Origin: Thermodesulfobacteriota bacterium
GTDB taxonomy: Bacteria; Desulfobacterota; Desulfarculia; JACQYL01
Length of the DNA: 64,000 nt
NCBI GenBank assembly: GCA_963675595.2
Contig: CAXXLZ010000001.1
Coordinates: forward strand, 896,001 to 960,000
Direction: 5' to 3'
This document shows, one piece after another, positions 42,486-53,201 of this stretch (positions within the stretch are counted from its first letter, which is position 1; the number at the start of each line of letters is the position of its first letter). The position numbers were made by a program, and so were the translations under genes. Below the pieces are notes generated by a model. That model was not told where the DNA came from. It made no database searches and saw nothing but the letters and a program-made list of their open reading frames with translations.

Positions 42486-42995
42486 TTGAAATCCTCGATC
42501 ATCGGTTGAGCTGGAGCGGGCACGACTTCCACGGGCTTTCCCATGTACAAGGGATCGGGGAGAATCCCCGCCTCCTTGACATTGCACGACATTTACCATA
42601 GTAGATGAGACGCATCCGGCAGAAGGACGAAAGCCGGTTCGCTCGAGCCGAGTGCTTGATATTGCGAAAGCTGATATTGAACGGCCGGAGATTTCGTTTC
42701 AGGCGATTCTCCATGATCCGGCGATACTCGCGGATGGAATCAGCGCGCTATGTCGTCTTGTATGGGCGGGCGAGTTGTGAATCTACGGAGAAACGCGACT
42801 CGATGTCAAGGATGAACAGCGCTGGGCGACAGGGCTTTTTGAGGGTCGCGCGACGACCGACCCGATGACTTCGACGCCGTGCGGATGATCCACATCCGTC
42901 TTGTTCCGTAATCTAGAAGGATGAGTTAGTTCTTCGGAAGTCTCTTACGACGTTCAATCCAGTGGCGGAGCGCTTACAAAACGAGGGAGAACAAT

Positions 42996-45113
42996 ATGGA
43001 AAAGGGTGAAGCGAGATCCATTTGTGAGGCTTATGCAGCCAAAGGAGCCACTGCCGTTCCTGAGCATGAATCCAAGAGAATCATCAAGGGCTACGGAGTT
43101 CGGGTGCCTGAAGGCACATTGGTGAAGGAAACGGAAGAGGCCGTGGCCTTTGCGGATGGTGTGGGTTACCCGGTGGTTCTGAAAGCGGTGTCTTCCGAGA
43201 TATTGCATAAGACGGAGCTAAAGGGCGTTGCCGTCGATTTGAAGGACGCCGACGCGTTGAGAGACGCCTGCCGGAGCATGCAGGAAGCTTTTTCCGGACG
43301 GGGAGCCGCTTTGGACGGCTTTTTGGTGGAAAAAATGGCGCCGGAAGGAATGGAACTCATCGTAGGCCTGCAAAACGATCCCAATTTCGGTCCCGTAATC
43401 ATGCTGGGAACCGGAGGGGTTTTCATCCATTTAATGAACGATGTAACTTTTCGAGTGCTGCCCGCTACGAACGAAGACTACCGGGAAATGATCGAAGAGA
43501 TCAAAGGCAAGATACTCATGCGCGGATTCCGGGGGAAGCCTCCCCTGAACGAGCAGGCTCTCGTGGAGGCGATGGCGGCTATCGGCCGTTTCAGCGTCGA
43601 CGCGGCGGGCCTCTACGAATCCGTGGATTTCAATCCGGTGATACTGTCGCAAAACGAAGCGGTTGCCGTGGACGCCAAAATCATTCTGAGCAAGCAACCT
43701 GCGGAAACATCCATCACCATGGTGGAACCGAACACCAAGAACATGGACAAGTTTTTCGAGCCGCGAAACGTGGCGCTCATCGGTGCTTCCACAACTCCCG
43801 GAAAGATTGGAAACGCGGTTGCAGACAGTCTGATCAACCACCATTTCGACGGAAACGTATTCCCCATCACCAAAGGGGGGAAGGAAGTTTTCGGCCTGAA
43901 AAGCTATGAGGGGCTGGCTGAAATTCCCGAACAGTTGGATCTGGTGGTGGTTTGCGTGGGATTGGGGCTGGTGCCCGGTATTCTGGACCAGTGCAGCGAG
44001 TTGAAGATTCCCGCGATATTAATCGTCTCCGGGGGGGGGAAGGAACTCGGGGAAGACGAGGCCGCCCTTGAATCTGAAATCCAGCGCAAGTCCAAAGAGT
44101 ACGGCATTCGGGTCATCGGACCCAACTGCATCGGCTGCTTCAACGCCAAGAATCGATTCGACGCTTTCTTCCAGGTACACGAGCGCATGGTTCGCCCAAA
44201 ACCCGGCAATATTTCGATGACCACGCAGAGTGGGACCTACGGAGCCAGCTTTCTTGAGGCTTGCGAGTTGATCGGGGCCTGCAAGATGATTTCCTATGGA
44301 AATCGGGTGGACGTGGATGAGGCGGATATGTTGGCGTACTTGGCGGAAGATCCCGACACCAAAGTGATCGGGGCCTATGTCGAGGGGCTGGGTGACGGCC
44401 GCAAATATCTGCAAACGGCCGAAAAGGTGATATCCAAACACAGGAAGCCCATTGTGGTGTACAAGTCCGGACGCACCCAAAGATCGGCGGTCGCCGCTCA
44501 GTCACATACCGGAGCCTATGGCGGCAGTTACGGGGTGTACGCCGGAGCCATGAAACAGGTGGGCATTCTTGCGGTGGATTCCTACGAAGAGCTGGTCGGG
44601 ATCACCAAAGCTCTGTCCATGCAGCCTGCGGCCCAAGGCCCCGGAATCGGTATGATCAGCAACGGGGCGGGTCCCATGGTGAACGCCATTGACCTGTTCG
44701 ATCGGCTGAACCTGGAGATCGCCCAAATCGAGGATGCCACCTACCGGGAAATGACGGATCATTATCCCGCCTTCTACATTGTCAAGAACCCGGTGGATGT
44801 TACGGGGTCGGCCACTTCGGACGACTATGATTTCGCCATGGAGTGCCTGGTAAAGGATCCCAAAGTACAAGTCATCATGAACTGGTTCGTGTTTCAGGAT
44901 ACCCCCTTGGATGAGGGCATTGTCGCGAGCCTGGACAAGATCAACAAGAAGTCCGATAAGCCCATTCTGTGCGGAGCCGCAGGCGGCCCGTATACGAAGA
45001 AGATGTCCCAAGCCATTGAGGAGGTGGGTATACCCGTGTTTGAATCCGCGCACATGTGGATTACGGCCGCCCATGCATTGGTCCGGTGGGGACAAGTTCT
45101 GAAGAGTCTGTAG
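42996..45113 (+). CDS. ADP-forming acyl-CoA synthetase, beta-alpha fusion
   Basis: N-terminal ATP-grasp (LHKTELKGV, FGPVIM, DFNP), CoA-binding GAS..PGK, GPNCIG, QSHTGA; both phospho-His residues present. Confidence 0.92.
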   Translation: MEKGEARSICEAYAAKGATAVPEHESKRIIKGYGVRVPEGTLVKETEEAVAFADGVGYPVVLKAVSSEILHKTELKGVAVDLKDADALRDACRSMQEAFSGRGAALDGFLVEKMAPEGMELIVGLQNDPNFGPVIMLGTGGVFIHLMNDVTFRVLPATNEDYREMIEEIKGKILMRGFRGKPPLNEQALVEAMAAIGRFSVDAAGLYESVDFNPVILSQNEAVAVDAKIILSKQPAETSITMVEPNTKNMDKFFEPRNVALIGASTTPGKIGNAVADSLINHHFDGNVFPITKGGKEVFGLKSYEGLAEIPEQLDLVVVCVGLGLVPGILDQCSELKIPAILIVSGGGKELGEDEAALESEIQRKSKEYGIRVIGPNCIGCFNAKNRFDAFFQVHERMVRPKPGNISMTTQSGTYGASFLEACELIGACKMISYGNRVDVDEADMLAYLAEDPDTKVIGAYVEGLGDGRKYLQTAEKVISKHRKPIVVYKSGRTQRSAVAAQSHTGAYGGSYGVYAGAMKQVGILAVDSYEELVGITKALSMQPAAQGPGIGMISNGAGPMVNAIDLFDRLNLEIAQIEDATYREMTDHYPAFYIVKNPVDVTGSATSDDYDFAMECLVKDPKVQVIMNWFVFQDTPLDEGIVASLDKINKKSDKPILCGAAGGPYTKKMSQAIEEVGIPVFESAHMWITAAHALVRWGQVLKSL

Positions 45114-45135
45114 AACCTGCGTGCTCTCATCTGAA

Positions 45136-45168
45136 AGCCGCTTCCCCCTCGGGGAGCGGCTCTCTTCT
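45136..45168 (+). terminator. Probable terminator
   Basis: agccgcttccc-cctc-ggggagcggct followed by a pyrimidine run. Confidence 0.55.
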
Positions 45169-45260
45169 CGATTTTCGTGGAGGTCGTCCGCCTGATGGAA
45201 ACGGGTCATGGTAGGCTTCAATCCGGTATCAGCCTCGGAAGTTGTCGCAAGAACCATACG

Positions 45261-46652
45261 GTGGAAATCGAAAAAGCCGTTTCTCCTCGCGATACCGTAC
45301 GGCACGTCATTGACACGCTTCGGAGCCTTGATCTTGAGCTGGTGAGAGAAATCACCCGCATCGACTCCGGAAGGCTGGGCATTCCGGTCTTCATCTGCAG
45401 TGCGGGTAAGGACTGCAATATTCCGACCCCCAAAACCATGGGAAAAGGGGCGACACCGGAACAAAGTGAGGCCAGCGCTCTCATGGAAATGGTAGAGCGC
45501 TTCAGCCACGCCAATTATCCCAGGGCGAACAACCACCGGAAAGCCACATTCAAGGAGGTGCGGGAAGAAACCCTGCCCCTGGAGGAACTGGTGCAGGTCC
45601 CGGGACGAGGAGCAACCGTAGCCGAAGGCGAGTTGGACGCTTTCGCGGATTTGCCCTTTGCCTGGGTCCCCGCCTACAGCCTGACGAAGAAGACGGATTT
45701 GCTGCTCCCGTACGAATGGTTTGCGGATGTCCAGGGCACCAACGGGTTGAGCGCCGGCAACACCATGGAAGAAACGGTCCTTCAAGGACTTTGCGAGGTG
45801 GTGGAACGTCACGTATGTGCGGTGATCAACGTTTCTCGGGAACCGGTTCCCACCATCGATCTGAACACCGTTAGGGACCCGGTTGCCGGGGAGCTGTTGG
45901 GCAAGTTTGCTCGAAACAATATTCAGGTCATGTGCAAGGACTTCAGCCTGAACACCGGGATTCCCACAGTGGCCGGAATCGCGTTCGATCCGGCGTCCTT
46001 TCCCAACAGTGAAATCGTTTTCTGTGCGGGCACTTCGACTCACCCCGAAAAAGCCTTGATCCGTACGTTGACGGAAATCCAACAAATGGCCGTGGATACG
46101 TTTCAGCAAGACTATTACGCGGGGGGCATTCTTCCCAAACTCAGAGACTGGCGCGAAAGCGGCTACCTGTTTACCAAGGATGATCCCGTTCCCATTCAGT
46201 CGCTCCCGGACGTTTCGTCCACGGACATGTTCGAAGAGCTCGAAAACTGCACGAACGCCCTCAAGAACATCGGTTTCGAGCCCATGGTGATCGACATCAC
46301 CCATCCCAAACTGGGCATCCCGTCGGTCTTTGTCATCATGCCCGGCGCCGAGTTGTACGATACCTCTTCCGGTCAACTGCACGCGGGCTACTACTTGGGT
46401 CGGCGCATGGAACATACCGGCCGGACGGACGAGGCGATCGGGCTTTTTCGAGAATCCATGCGCAAATATCCCAAGTCGGCCCTCCACGCGCATCTGGAAA
46501 TCGCCAATTGTCTGATGTACCAGAGCCGTTGGGCCGAAGCGATCAGCGCCTACATGGAGGCTTATCGCCATGGTCCGGACCGGGCCATGCAGATGCGCAT
46601 CATGCGGTGCCTCGGCATCTGTAACGACAAGCGGAAAGAAGCCGCATCGTAA
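45261..46652 (+). CDS. YcaO-family protein with C-terminal TPR repeats (start uncertain)
   Basis: MGKG, ASALMEMVERFS, TNGLSAGN, EVVERH, RTLTEIQQ; TPR-like tail. Confidence 0.88.
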   Translation: MEIEKAVSPRDTVRHVIDTLRSLDLELVREITRIDSGRLGIPVFICSAGKDCNIPTPKTMGKGATPEQSEASALMEMVERFSHANYPRANNHRKATFKEVREETLPLEELVQVPGRGATVAEGELDAFADLPFAWVPAYSLTKKTDLLLPYEWFADVQGTNGLSAGNTMEETVLQGLCEVVERHVCAVINVSREPVPTIDLNTVRDPVAGELLGKFARNNIQVMCKDFSLNTGIPTVAGIAFDPASFPNSEIVFCAGTSTHPEKALIRTLTEIQQMAVDTFQQDYYAGGILPKLRDWRESGYLFTKDDPVPIQSLPDVSSTDMFEELENCTNALKNIGFEPMVIDITHPKLGIPSVFVIMPGAELYDTSSGQLHAGYYLGRRMEHTGRTDEAIGLFRESMRKYPKSALHAHLEIANCLMYQSRWAEAISAYMEAYRHGPDRAMQMRIMRCLGICNDKRKEAAS

Positions 46653-46789
46653 GCCAACACGACTTGATTTGGTTCCGAAACCTCTGGAAGCAACTATTCC
46701 ATTGATCCGTCCGGAGGGGGATAGGTGCAGGGAAACCACCGATCTCCTCGAAGGCCGGTAGTCAAAGAGGCCGCCTTCCCCGGCGGGAT

Positions 46790-47773
46790 ATGAAGGGGGT
46801 GGAGACCGTGAATTTCGCCGTGCTCTTCCACACCGGGGACAAGAGCTGTGTGCGCGTGGATCCTCAGGCCTTTTCCCCGGACGTTTTGACTCCTCAAGAT
46901 TTCGCTTGGTGCGATTTCGATTTCTCCTCAAAAGAAGAGGCCAGGTCCCTCCTCGCAGAATTCGGTTTCTCCCAACCTGAATTGGAAACGGCCCTGGAAG
47001 CGGAAGACCCGTTCTTTTTCAGCCATCGCCAGCGAAGAATCTTGGATCTATTTCACGTCTGCCATTGGGAAAGCGACGCTTTGGCGACTACTCCGCTGAT
47101 CGTGGCCATGACCGAGCGCATCATCGTAACCGTGCATCAGGGACCATCCATTTATGTGGACCGAGTGCTGGAAAGTTGCGAGGAATCTTTTCGATCCGTG
47201 GGGAAAAGCCCCGGATTTATCTATTTCCTGTTTTGGGATGCCATGGTGGACGCCTTCCTCCCGCACGTGTTCTTCATCGACAACCGGTTGGAGCAGCTTG
47301 AAGACGCCTACATGAACGGGAGCAGCGGCAAGGAGATACTGGACGCGATCCTCCGGGCCAAACACATGGTGCGCATGCTCAAACAAAGCCTCTCTCCCAT
47401 GCAGCGGTCCATGCGTCATCTTGTGGCCACCCGCCTGGAGATCATCAGGGACGAGGCCCGTGTCTATCTGAGCGGTATCTTCGAGCACGCGGATCGAATC
47501 GGCCAAACCGTGGACTCCCTTCAGGAACGGGTTCATGCCACCATGAGCGGATACGATTCCGTCCTCTCCCAGCAGATCAACAAGTCCATGAAAGTGCTGG
47601 CCATCATTGCCACCATCATGATGCCCTTGTCCCTACTTGCCGGCATCTATGGCACCAATTTCGAATACATCCCGGAGCTGCACTGGAGGTACAGCTACTT
47701 CGTATTTTTGGGGGTGATGCTCGGATCGGGTTTGGGATTGGTGGTACTGTTCAGAAGAAAGAAATGGTTGTGA
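46790..47773 (+). CDS. CorA-family divalent cation transporter
   Basis: Two C-terminal TMs with YGTNF (GMN variant) and IPELHW. Confidence 0.88.
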   Translation: MKGVETVNFAVLFHTGDKSCVRVDPQAFSPDVLTPQDFAWCDFDFSSKEEARSLLAEFGFSQPELETALEAEDPFFFSHRQRRILDLFHVCHWESDALATTPLIVAMTERIIVTVHQGPSIYVDRVLESCEESFRSVGKSPGFIYFLFWDAMVDAFLPHVFFIDNRLEQLEDAYMNGSSGKEILDAILRAKHMVRMLKQSLSPMQRSMRHLVATRLEIIRDEARVYLSGIFEHADRIGQTVDSLQERVHATMSGYDSVLSQQINKSMKVLAIIATIMMPLSLLAGIYGTNFEYIPELHWRYSYFVFLGVMLGSGLGLVVLFRRKKWL

Positions 47774-47994
47774 AAGGGTCCGGACCGCAACATCCATCCT
47801 CCGGGCGTCTTTGAGTCGGGCGTGGCGTATCGCCCGCGTTCAATTCGTCCGGAGGTTGCCCCATGGTGAGGCGGGTGCGAGAAAGGCCGCCGGGACCATC
47901 ATTATTTACAGGCCGGCAGGAAGAAATATCTTTTGCAGGCCTCCCCCCCGTGAATGATCGCCCCGGGCCGCGGACGGGCGGCCCCTCGCCCGGT

Positions 47995-49575
47995 TCAGCG
48001 GACCGTCAGGGATTGGCCCGCATAGGGGACCACCGTGGGCCAGCCTTTGGACTGAAGGAGCTTCTGGAGCGCCAGGCTCTGATCCTCTTCCCCGTGGACC
48101 AAGGCGATCTTCTTCACATTCAAATTGGATCTCTCCAGAAACTGAATCAGTTCTTTTTGGTCCGCATGCGCACTGAAACCGTCCAGGGCCACTACATGCG
48201 CCGCCAAAGGGTATATCTTGTTAAGAAACCGCATCTCCGGAGCGGCTCCTTTCCTGCCTTTGCGTTCGTATTCGGACCCTTCTTCAAGAATTCTCCTACC
48301 CAGGGTGTTTTCGGCCATGTACCCTACGATGAGAATCGTGTTCTTGGGGTTGTGAATCTTGTGCCTCAGGTGGTGGAGGATACGCCCTCCTTCACACATT
48401 CCCGATGAGGCGATGACGATATGGGGACTCTTTTCCCGCATCAACGCGATGGATTCATCCACGGAACCGACGAAACGGACCTGTTTGAAGACAAAGGGGT
48501 TCATCCCTTTTTCGAGAAATGAATTATGGGTCTGGTCGTCGTACAGCTCCGGATGTTCTCCGAAGACCCGGGTGATGCCTTTTCCAAGAGGGCTGTCCAC
48601 GAATATGGGGATACGGGGAACCTGACCTTCGATGTAGAGCTGATGCAGAAAATAGATCAACTCTTGGGTTCGGCCGTAGGCGAAAGAGGGGATCAGAACG
48701 GATCCGCCCCGATCGGCCGCATCCAGCAGAGCTTTCTTCAACTGAGGTTTGAGCTCTTCCACGGGTTCATGCACTCGGTTTCCGTAGGTGCTCTCCAGTA
48801 TCATCAGGTCCACGTCACGATACTCTTCAGGGAAATCCAACACCGGATCACGGATGATCGGTTTGTCGAACCTTCCGATGTCGCCGCTATAGAAAAGAGT
48901 CCGGGTTGCCCCATTTTCGCGGACCCTGACCAGGGAGAAAGCCGAACCCAGGATGTGACCGGCCTCGAAAAAGGTGCAGGTCGATTCTTGACCGATGGAA
49001 AAGGGTTCATTGAAGGGATAGTCCTCGAAATACTCCAAGGATTGTTCGGCCTCGGCTGAGGTATACAAGGGCTCAACGTGCTCGAGGTGGTGGCTTTGGA
49101 TGAGGTCGTTCACCACTTCCGTGCGCACTTTGTGGTCGCCTTCCTTAAGCACTTTCTTGGTGTTCCGGATTTGTCTCTGCGTGAGTTCCCTGCTCCCGGA
49201 ACCCGATTTGACCGCGTAAAGGAACGCCCTGGCGGTTTTATAGTTCAGGTAATCCGCGTCCAATTCCTGAATCTTGGCGCTGTCCATTAAGAGGTAATCG
49301 CACGCGTCGGCGGTGGCACGGGTGCACAAAACGCGGCCGTTGAAACCTTCGGAGGTCAACAAGGGAATTCGGCCGGAGTGATCGATGTGCGCATGGGACA
49401 GGATCAGGTTGGTGACCATTCTGGGGTCGAAGGGCAAAGTCCTGTTCTTCCGTTCCGCATCTTTCCTTCGTCCTTGAAACAACCCGCAATCCAAAAGGAT
49501 GTGATCCGTTTCGGAGGAAATCAAATGTAGAGAGCCGGTAACCTCTCTAGCAGCACCGTAAAACGTGACGTACAT
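47995..49575 (-). CDS. MBL-fold beta-CASP RNA-processing nuclease
   Basis: GAAREVTGS, SHAHIDHSG, AGHILGS, ESTYG, FSAHAD, VHGE. Confidence 0.92.
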   Translation of the reverse strand: MYVTFYGAAREVTGSLHLISSETDHILLDCGLFQGRRKDAERKNRTLPFDPRMVTNLILSHAHIDHSGRIPLLTSEGFNGRVLCTRATADACDYLLMDSAKIQELDADYLNYKTARAFLYAVKSGSGSRELTQRQIRNTKKVLKEGDHKVRTEVVNDLIQSHHLEHVEPLYTSAEAEQSLEYFEDYPFNEPFSIGQESTCTFFEAGHILGSAFSLVRVRENGATRTLFYSGDIGRFDKPIIRDPVLDFPEEYRDVDLMILESTYGNRVHEPVEELKPQLKKALLDAADRGGSVLIPSFAYGRTQELIYFLHQLYIEGQVPRIPIFVDSPLGKGITRVFGEHPELYDDQTHNSFLEKGMNPFVFKQVRFVGSVDESIALMREKSPHIVIASSGMCEGGRILHHLRHKIHNPKNTILIVGYMAENTLGRRILEEGSEYERKGRKGAAPEMRFLNKIYPLAAHVVALDGFSAHADQKELIQFLERSNLNVKKIALVHGEEDQSLALQKLLQSKGWPTVVPYAGQSLTVR

Positions 49576-50073
49576 GTCGACTCCGGGTGTCCTGGTAGAT
49601 GTTGAAACAACACTGGATTCGGAAGGTTTCCGTGCCGGGTCCGTGAACCGGTCCATGATCAAAGGGAGAGTATCGGTTAAAAGAAATCACTTTCCGCCCT
49701 GGATGAAGTGTTGATTTCACAAGCCTGATTTTGCCCGTCCACGAAGGAACCAGCGACGGTGTTCAAATGTTTTTTCCCGGCCATTGAAAACGAATTCGCA
49801 CGGCATGAGAGGTAAGAAACAAAACGGTTTTCCACGGCGAGGGCTTCATCGTCTCACCGTAGACCTCGCCGGGAACGGACGTGCCTTCTCTCCACATGGG
49901 AATGACTTTTCGGTGAGTACATGCATCGCCGCGAAACGGCCGTCCACAAAGAGAGCCGACAGTCGATCCCGCCGATTCCGGGAAAAAGACCGCTTCGGCT
50001 TCCCGACTGGGGGAAACCGCCCGTCAACGTCCTATCCGGACACAACGAACGGGTGTCGGAGCTCCTTGTTGCG

Positions 50074-50313
50074 TCAGTCCTTCAAAGGCCACTGACCTTC
50101 GGCGACTTCCTCGACGAAGTAGCAGAATCGATCCCATTCCACTTCTCTGGCGGTCACCGGGCAGCGCAGTTTCAACTTGCGCTCGGTGACGCCGATGACT
50201 TCCCAGTCTCCCCGTCTAGGTCCGCTTCCGATTCTGATCTTCTGTCCGACCTCATGCGGGTAGGGGGTGAACAAAACGAAGCGTTCCGGTTTACTCGTCG
50301 CGTCCATGATCAT
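50074..50313 (-). CDS. Small hypothetical protein (79 aa)
   Basis: C-terminal part of the track ORF after a GGAAAGGA RBS; protein-like sequence PYPHEVGQKIRI...GDWEVIG...CP. Confidence 0.6.
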   Translation of the reverse strand: MIMDATSKPERFVLFTPYPHEVGQKIRIGSGPRRGDWEVIGVTERKLKLRCPVTAREVEWDRFCYFVEEVAEGQWPLKD

Positions 50314-50488
50314 ATCCTTTCCGCCCGGCGGTCGATTCCCTCCGTCCGGCTGATGGAAGGGGAACCGAGTTTCCGGACAATCCGGGTCCGTATTATGGTG
50401 ACTTTGACGGGAAAAGCAAGGATCGTCTCTTGAAAAGGGATGCCGGTGGATATTGGGGCGCTCCCTTTGAGCGATGCCCCTGCGAGGT

Positions 50489-51046
50489 TCAAAATGAGGA
50501 ACTTGATCGAGGGGGCACGAGGACATATTCGGTAAGGAAGCGATCCCACCAGGTAATTTTTCGGATGAGATTGCAGAGGTAGGTGACGGCTTCCGGATTC
50601 TGCGCGTAAACATCCGTAGAATTCGACAAGCTGCCTCCCCCCAGGTCGGCCCGCTGGTACAGAAGGGCCGCGATTCCCACTACCGGAGGGAAGGAACGAG
50701 CCGCGGCCTCGTTGGCCGCTTTGATGTAGTTGTTCACCAGAAAGGCTGGGTTTTGGTTTCTCTCCTCGATTTCCGCGAGAAGATCCGTAGTGTGATTCAC
50801 CACGCGTTTCATCTGGTGATCCGGGAGAAGGGCGGGGAGGTGAGTCAGGTTGGCTGCGATGATTGCCCACGCCAGTTCGACGGCTGCATCGTCTTTGTGG
50901 AGTCGTGGTTGAATCGCTACTCCGGTTCGACCGATGTTTTCCAGGACCTGAGGCCAGAGAGAATCGACAATTTGAAAGACGTGCTTCAAAAAATAGGCAC
51001 AGGCCGATTTTTCGGCGATGCGCTTCTTCTGAATTTCTTGGGCCAT
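50489..51046 (-). CDS. Hypothetical protein
   Basis: 185-aa ORF co-oriented with its neighbours; helical composition. Confidence 0.65.
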   Translation of the reverse strand: MAQEIQKKRIAEKSACAYFLKHVFQIVDSLWPQVLENIGRTGVAIQPRLHKDDAAVELAWAIIAANLTHLPALLPDHQMKRVVNHTTDLLAEIEERNQNPAFLVNNYIKAANEAAARSFPPVVGIAALLYQRADLGGGSLSNSTDVYAQNPEAVTYLCNLIRKITWWDRFLTEYVLVPPRSSSSF

Positions 51047-51124
51047 GAATGATCGTTCTCACAAAGAAGTGTGGCGGATGGGACAATTCCCGGGAAAACC
51101 AGGGTTTGCTTTTCGACTCCCCGA

Positions 51125-52267
51125 TCAATCCTGCTTGTCGCCGGCGTCTTGGGCGTAGCTTACGGCGGACAGGATTCTCGCGTACAAATGGGCCGCTTGG
51201 CACACTTGGCTGAAGGACACGGATTCGTCTTCCACATGGGCCTTCTCCAATCGACCGGGTCCCAATAAAATCGGTTTCACGCCCGCCATCCAAAGCAGAT
51301 TGGCGTCGGAGTGACTTCTGAAGGATTCCGGACTCCACGGACCTTGGAGGTCGACCGAGATTGTTTTCAACAAGTCGACCATCGGACCGCGGTCCGGGAT
51401 CTCGTAACCTGAGTGAATTGTGGGAAAACGAATGTGGGCATCAAGGCCCGGCTCACGAGAGGTGCCGTTCAGAAGGGCTTCCTCCAACTCAAGCGTGATC
51501 TCTCCCATGGGGGCGGTGGGAGGCAGATGCAGGTCCAGCCAAGCCTCGCAATGATCCGGAACCACGAATCCGGCTTTCGAACTGCTGATGTCGCGAATGT
51601 TGTATACGGCCTCTTTTCTCTTACTCCCCAGGTACTTGAGAATTTCCAGGAGGACCCTCAGCATGGCTTCTACCGCGTTTTCTCCCGAACCGGCCAAAGA
51701 GGCGTGTTTCCTCTTTCCTTGGGTGACGATTTGGACTTCGAGGTATCCGTAATGATTGAGGCAGGGTTGCAGGTCCGTGGGCTCTCCGATGATGGCCCAG
51801 GGGAAGTCGTATTCACGTATGAGTTTCCGGGCGCCGTCTCCTTCCTCTTCTTCACCCACGACGAAACAAAGGGCGGTGGACGACAGGTTGCATCCCGCCT
51901 CCATGGCGGAGAGATAGGCTTCCACCATGGCGGCGCAACCCGATTTCATGTCCGCCGCTCCCAGACCGAACACCTCGTCGTCTTCTTCCTCGTAGCCGAA
52001 TTCTCCCAGCTCATAGGCCGGGACGGTATCCAAGTGTCCGATGAGGGCCAGCTCAATGTTTTGCGGGTCCGGAACCACGAGAATGTTGTCCCGGCTTTCG
52101 TCGACGCTCTGCCGAACCACGGGCAAGTCGTGCCTCTTCAGAAACGAATACAGGTAGTCGCCGATGTCTCCCTCTTTTCCCGAAGGGCTGTAGATGTCGA
52201 TCAACCGCTTCAGGAACCGGCGGAGTCGCTTGGTTTGTATGACCGGATTCGTTCGCGGATTTTTCAT
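51125..52267 (-). CDS. M20 family metallopeptidase/deacylase (ArgE/DapE-like)
   Basis: GHLDTV, GLGAADMKSG, GEE, KAH..DE. Confidence 0.9.
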   Translation of the reverse strand: MKNPRTNPVIQTKRLRRFLKRLIDIYSPSGKEGDIGDYLYSFLKRHDLPVVRQSVDESRDNILVVPDPQNIELALIGHLDTVPAYELGEFGYEEEDDEVFGLGAADMKSGCAAMVEAYLSAMEAGCNLSSTALCFVVGEEEEGDGARKLIREYDFPWAIIGEPTDLQPCLNHYGYLEVQIVTQGKRKHASLAGSGENAVEAMLRVLLEILKYLGSKRKEAVYNIRDISSSKAGFVVPDHCEAWLDLHLPPTAPMGEITLELEEALLNGTSREPGLDAHIRFPTIHSGYEIPDRGPMVDLLKTISVDLQGPWSPESFRSHSDANLLWMAGVKPILLGPGRLEKAHVEDESVSFSQVCQAAHLYARILSAVSYAQDAGDKQD

Positions 52268-52821
52268 TCGTCGAGGTCTTCTCCCACTCTGATGCCGTTT
52301 TGGATGCGCGGTCTATTTTCTTTGCGTCTCGGCGCCATATTCAGGGTGAGATAAATGTGTTCTTCGGGGTGGCCGAATCCCATCTTACGGAAGAATTTCA
52401 GGGCCGGCAGGTTATCCGCCTGCGTATCCACCAACATGATGTTGACCTTGATCTCTTTCATTCGCTCTCTGAGGTGAACGAACAGTTTCTCCCCAATTCC
52501 CTGACCCTGGAACTCCGGATCGATCCCCAGCCAAACCAGATAACCGTACTTCCAGGCTGAGCGACTCTTGCTGATCGTGGTGGCCAATGCGAACCCGACG
52601 ACCCGCTCTTCGATCTCGGCGGTGAGACAGAGTTCCGGATCGCCCTGAAAGAAAGAGGTCAGCTCGAATTCGTCCCAGGTCCGGTACAAATTGGGGACGA
52701 CCTTCGCGGTGAACAGTCTTTCGCCCAAATGGAAGACCGTGGCCAGGTCGTCGATCTCCATTTGTCGCACGGTTACGTGGTGTCTCTTTTTATGTTTATT
52801 GGGCCCTTCCACTGAGTCCAT
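52264..52821 (-). CDS. GNAT acetyltransferase
   Basis: LGIDPEFQGQGIG, N.PALKFFRKMGF; overlaps the M20 start. Confidence 0.9.
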   Translation of the reverse strand: MDSVEGPNKHKKRHHVTVRQMEIDDLATVFHLGERLFTAKVVPNLYRTWDEFELTSFFQGDPELCLTAEIEERVVGFALATTISKSRSAWKYGYLVWLGIDPEFQGQGIGEKLFVHLRERMKEIKVNIMLVDTQADNLPALKFFRKMGFGHPEEHIYLTLNMAPRRKENRPRIQNGIRVGEDLDE

Positions 52822-53063
52822 CTTTCTCCGTTTCCAGGTTCGGTGAATTCCGACAAATTGTGACCTGCTTCTTTCTTTGCGTCAAGAGAAGGATGGGCAT
52901 GTTGACGTCATTCGGCGGATCGTTGCTACGGTGTGAAACGGCGGGATTGACAAAGTGCAAAGAATGCCGGCACCGGGGAGCACGGCGGAGGGGGGGCTCC
53001 AATACATGCAGCAAAATAATGCTGTTATATCAGCATGTTATTCTCTATGCGTGAGCCGGGTTT

Positions 53064-53078
53064 TGGCACGGCCTTTGC
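53064..53078 (+). promoter_or_regulatory. Sigma54 -24/-12 promoter
   Basis: TGGCAC-GGCCT-TTGC, an exact consensus match upstream of the small ORF and USP genes. Confidence 0.7.
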
Positions 53079-53201
53079 CTATCTAGTTTGTCGATTCAAG
53101 AAGAGCATTGCTTTCAGAGGCTGAGGCCCAATGATTTTGGATATCGGCTTTTGGATTGAAATACAGAAGCTCCCGTTGTTACGCTTTCTTGAGGAGGGCC
53201 C

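Noticed and set aside
42486-42995. RiPP precursor between the radical SAM and the ligase
   Set aside because: The short ORFs lack an RBS and any leader/core character; I did not exhaustively check those under 60 aa.
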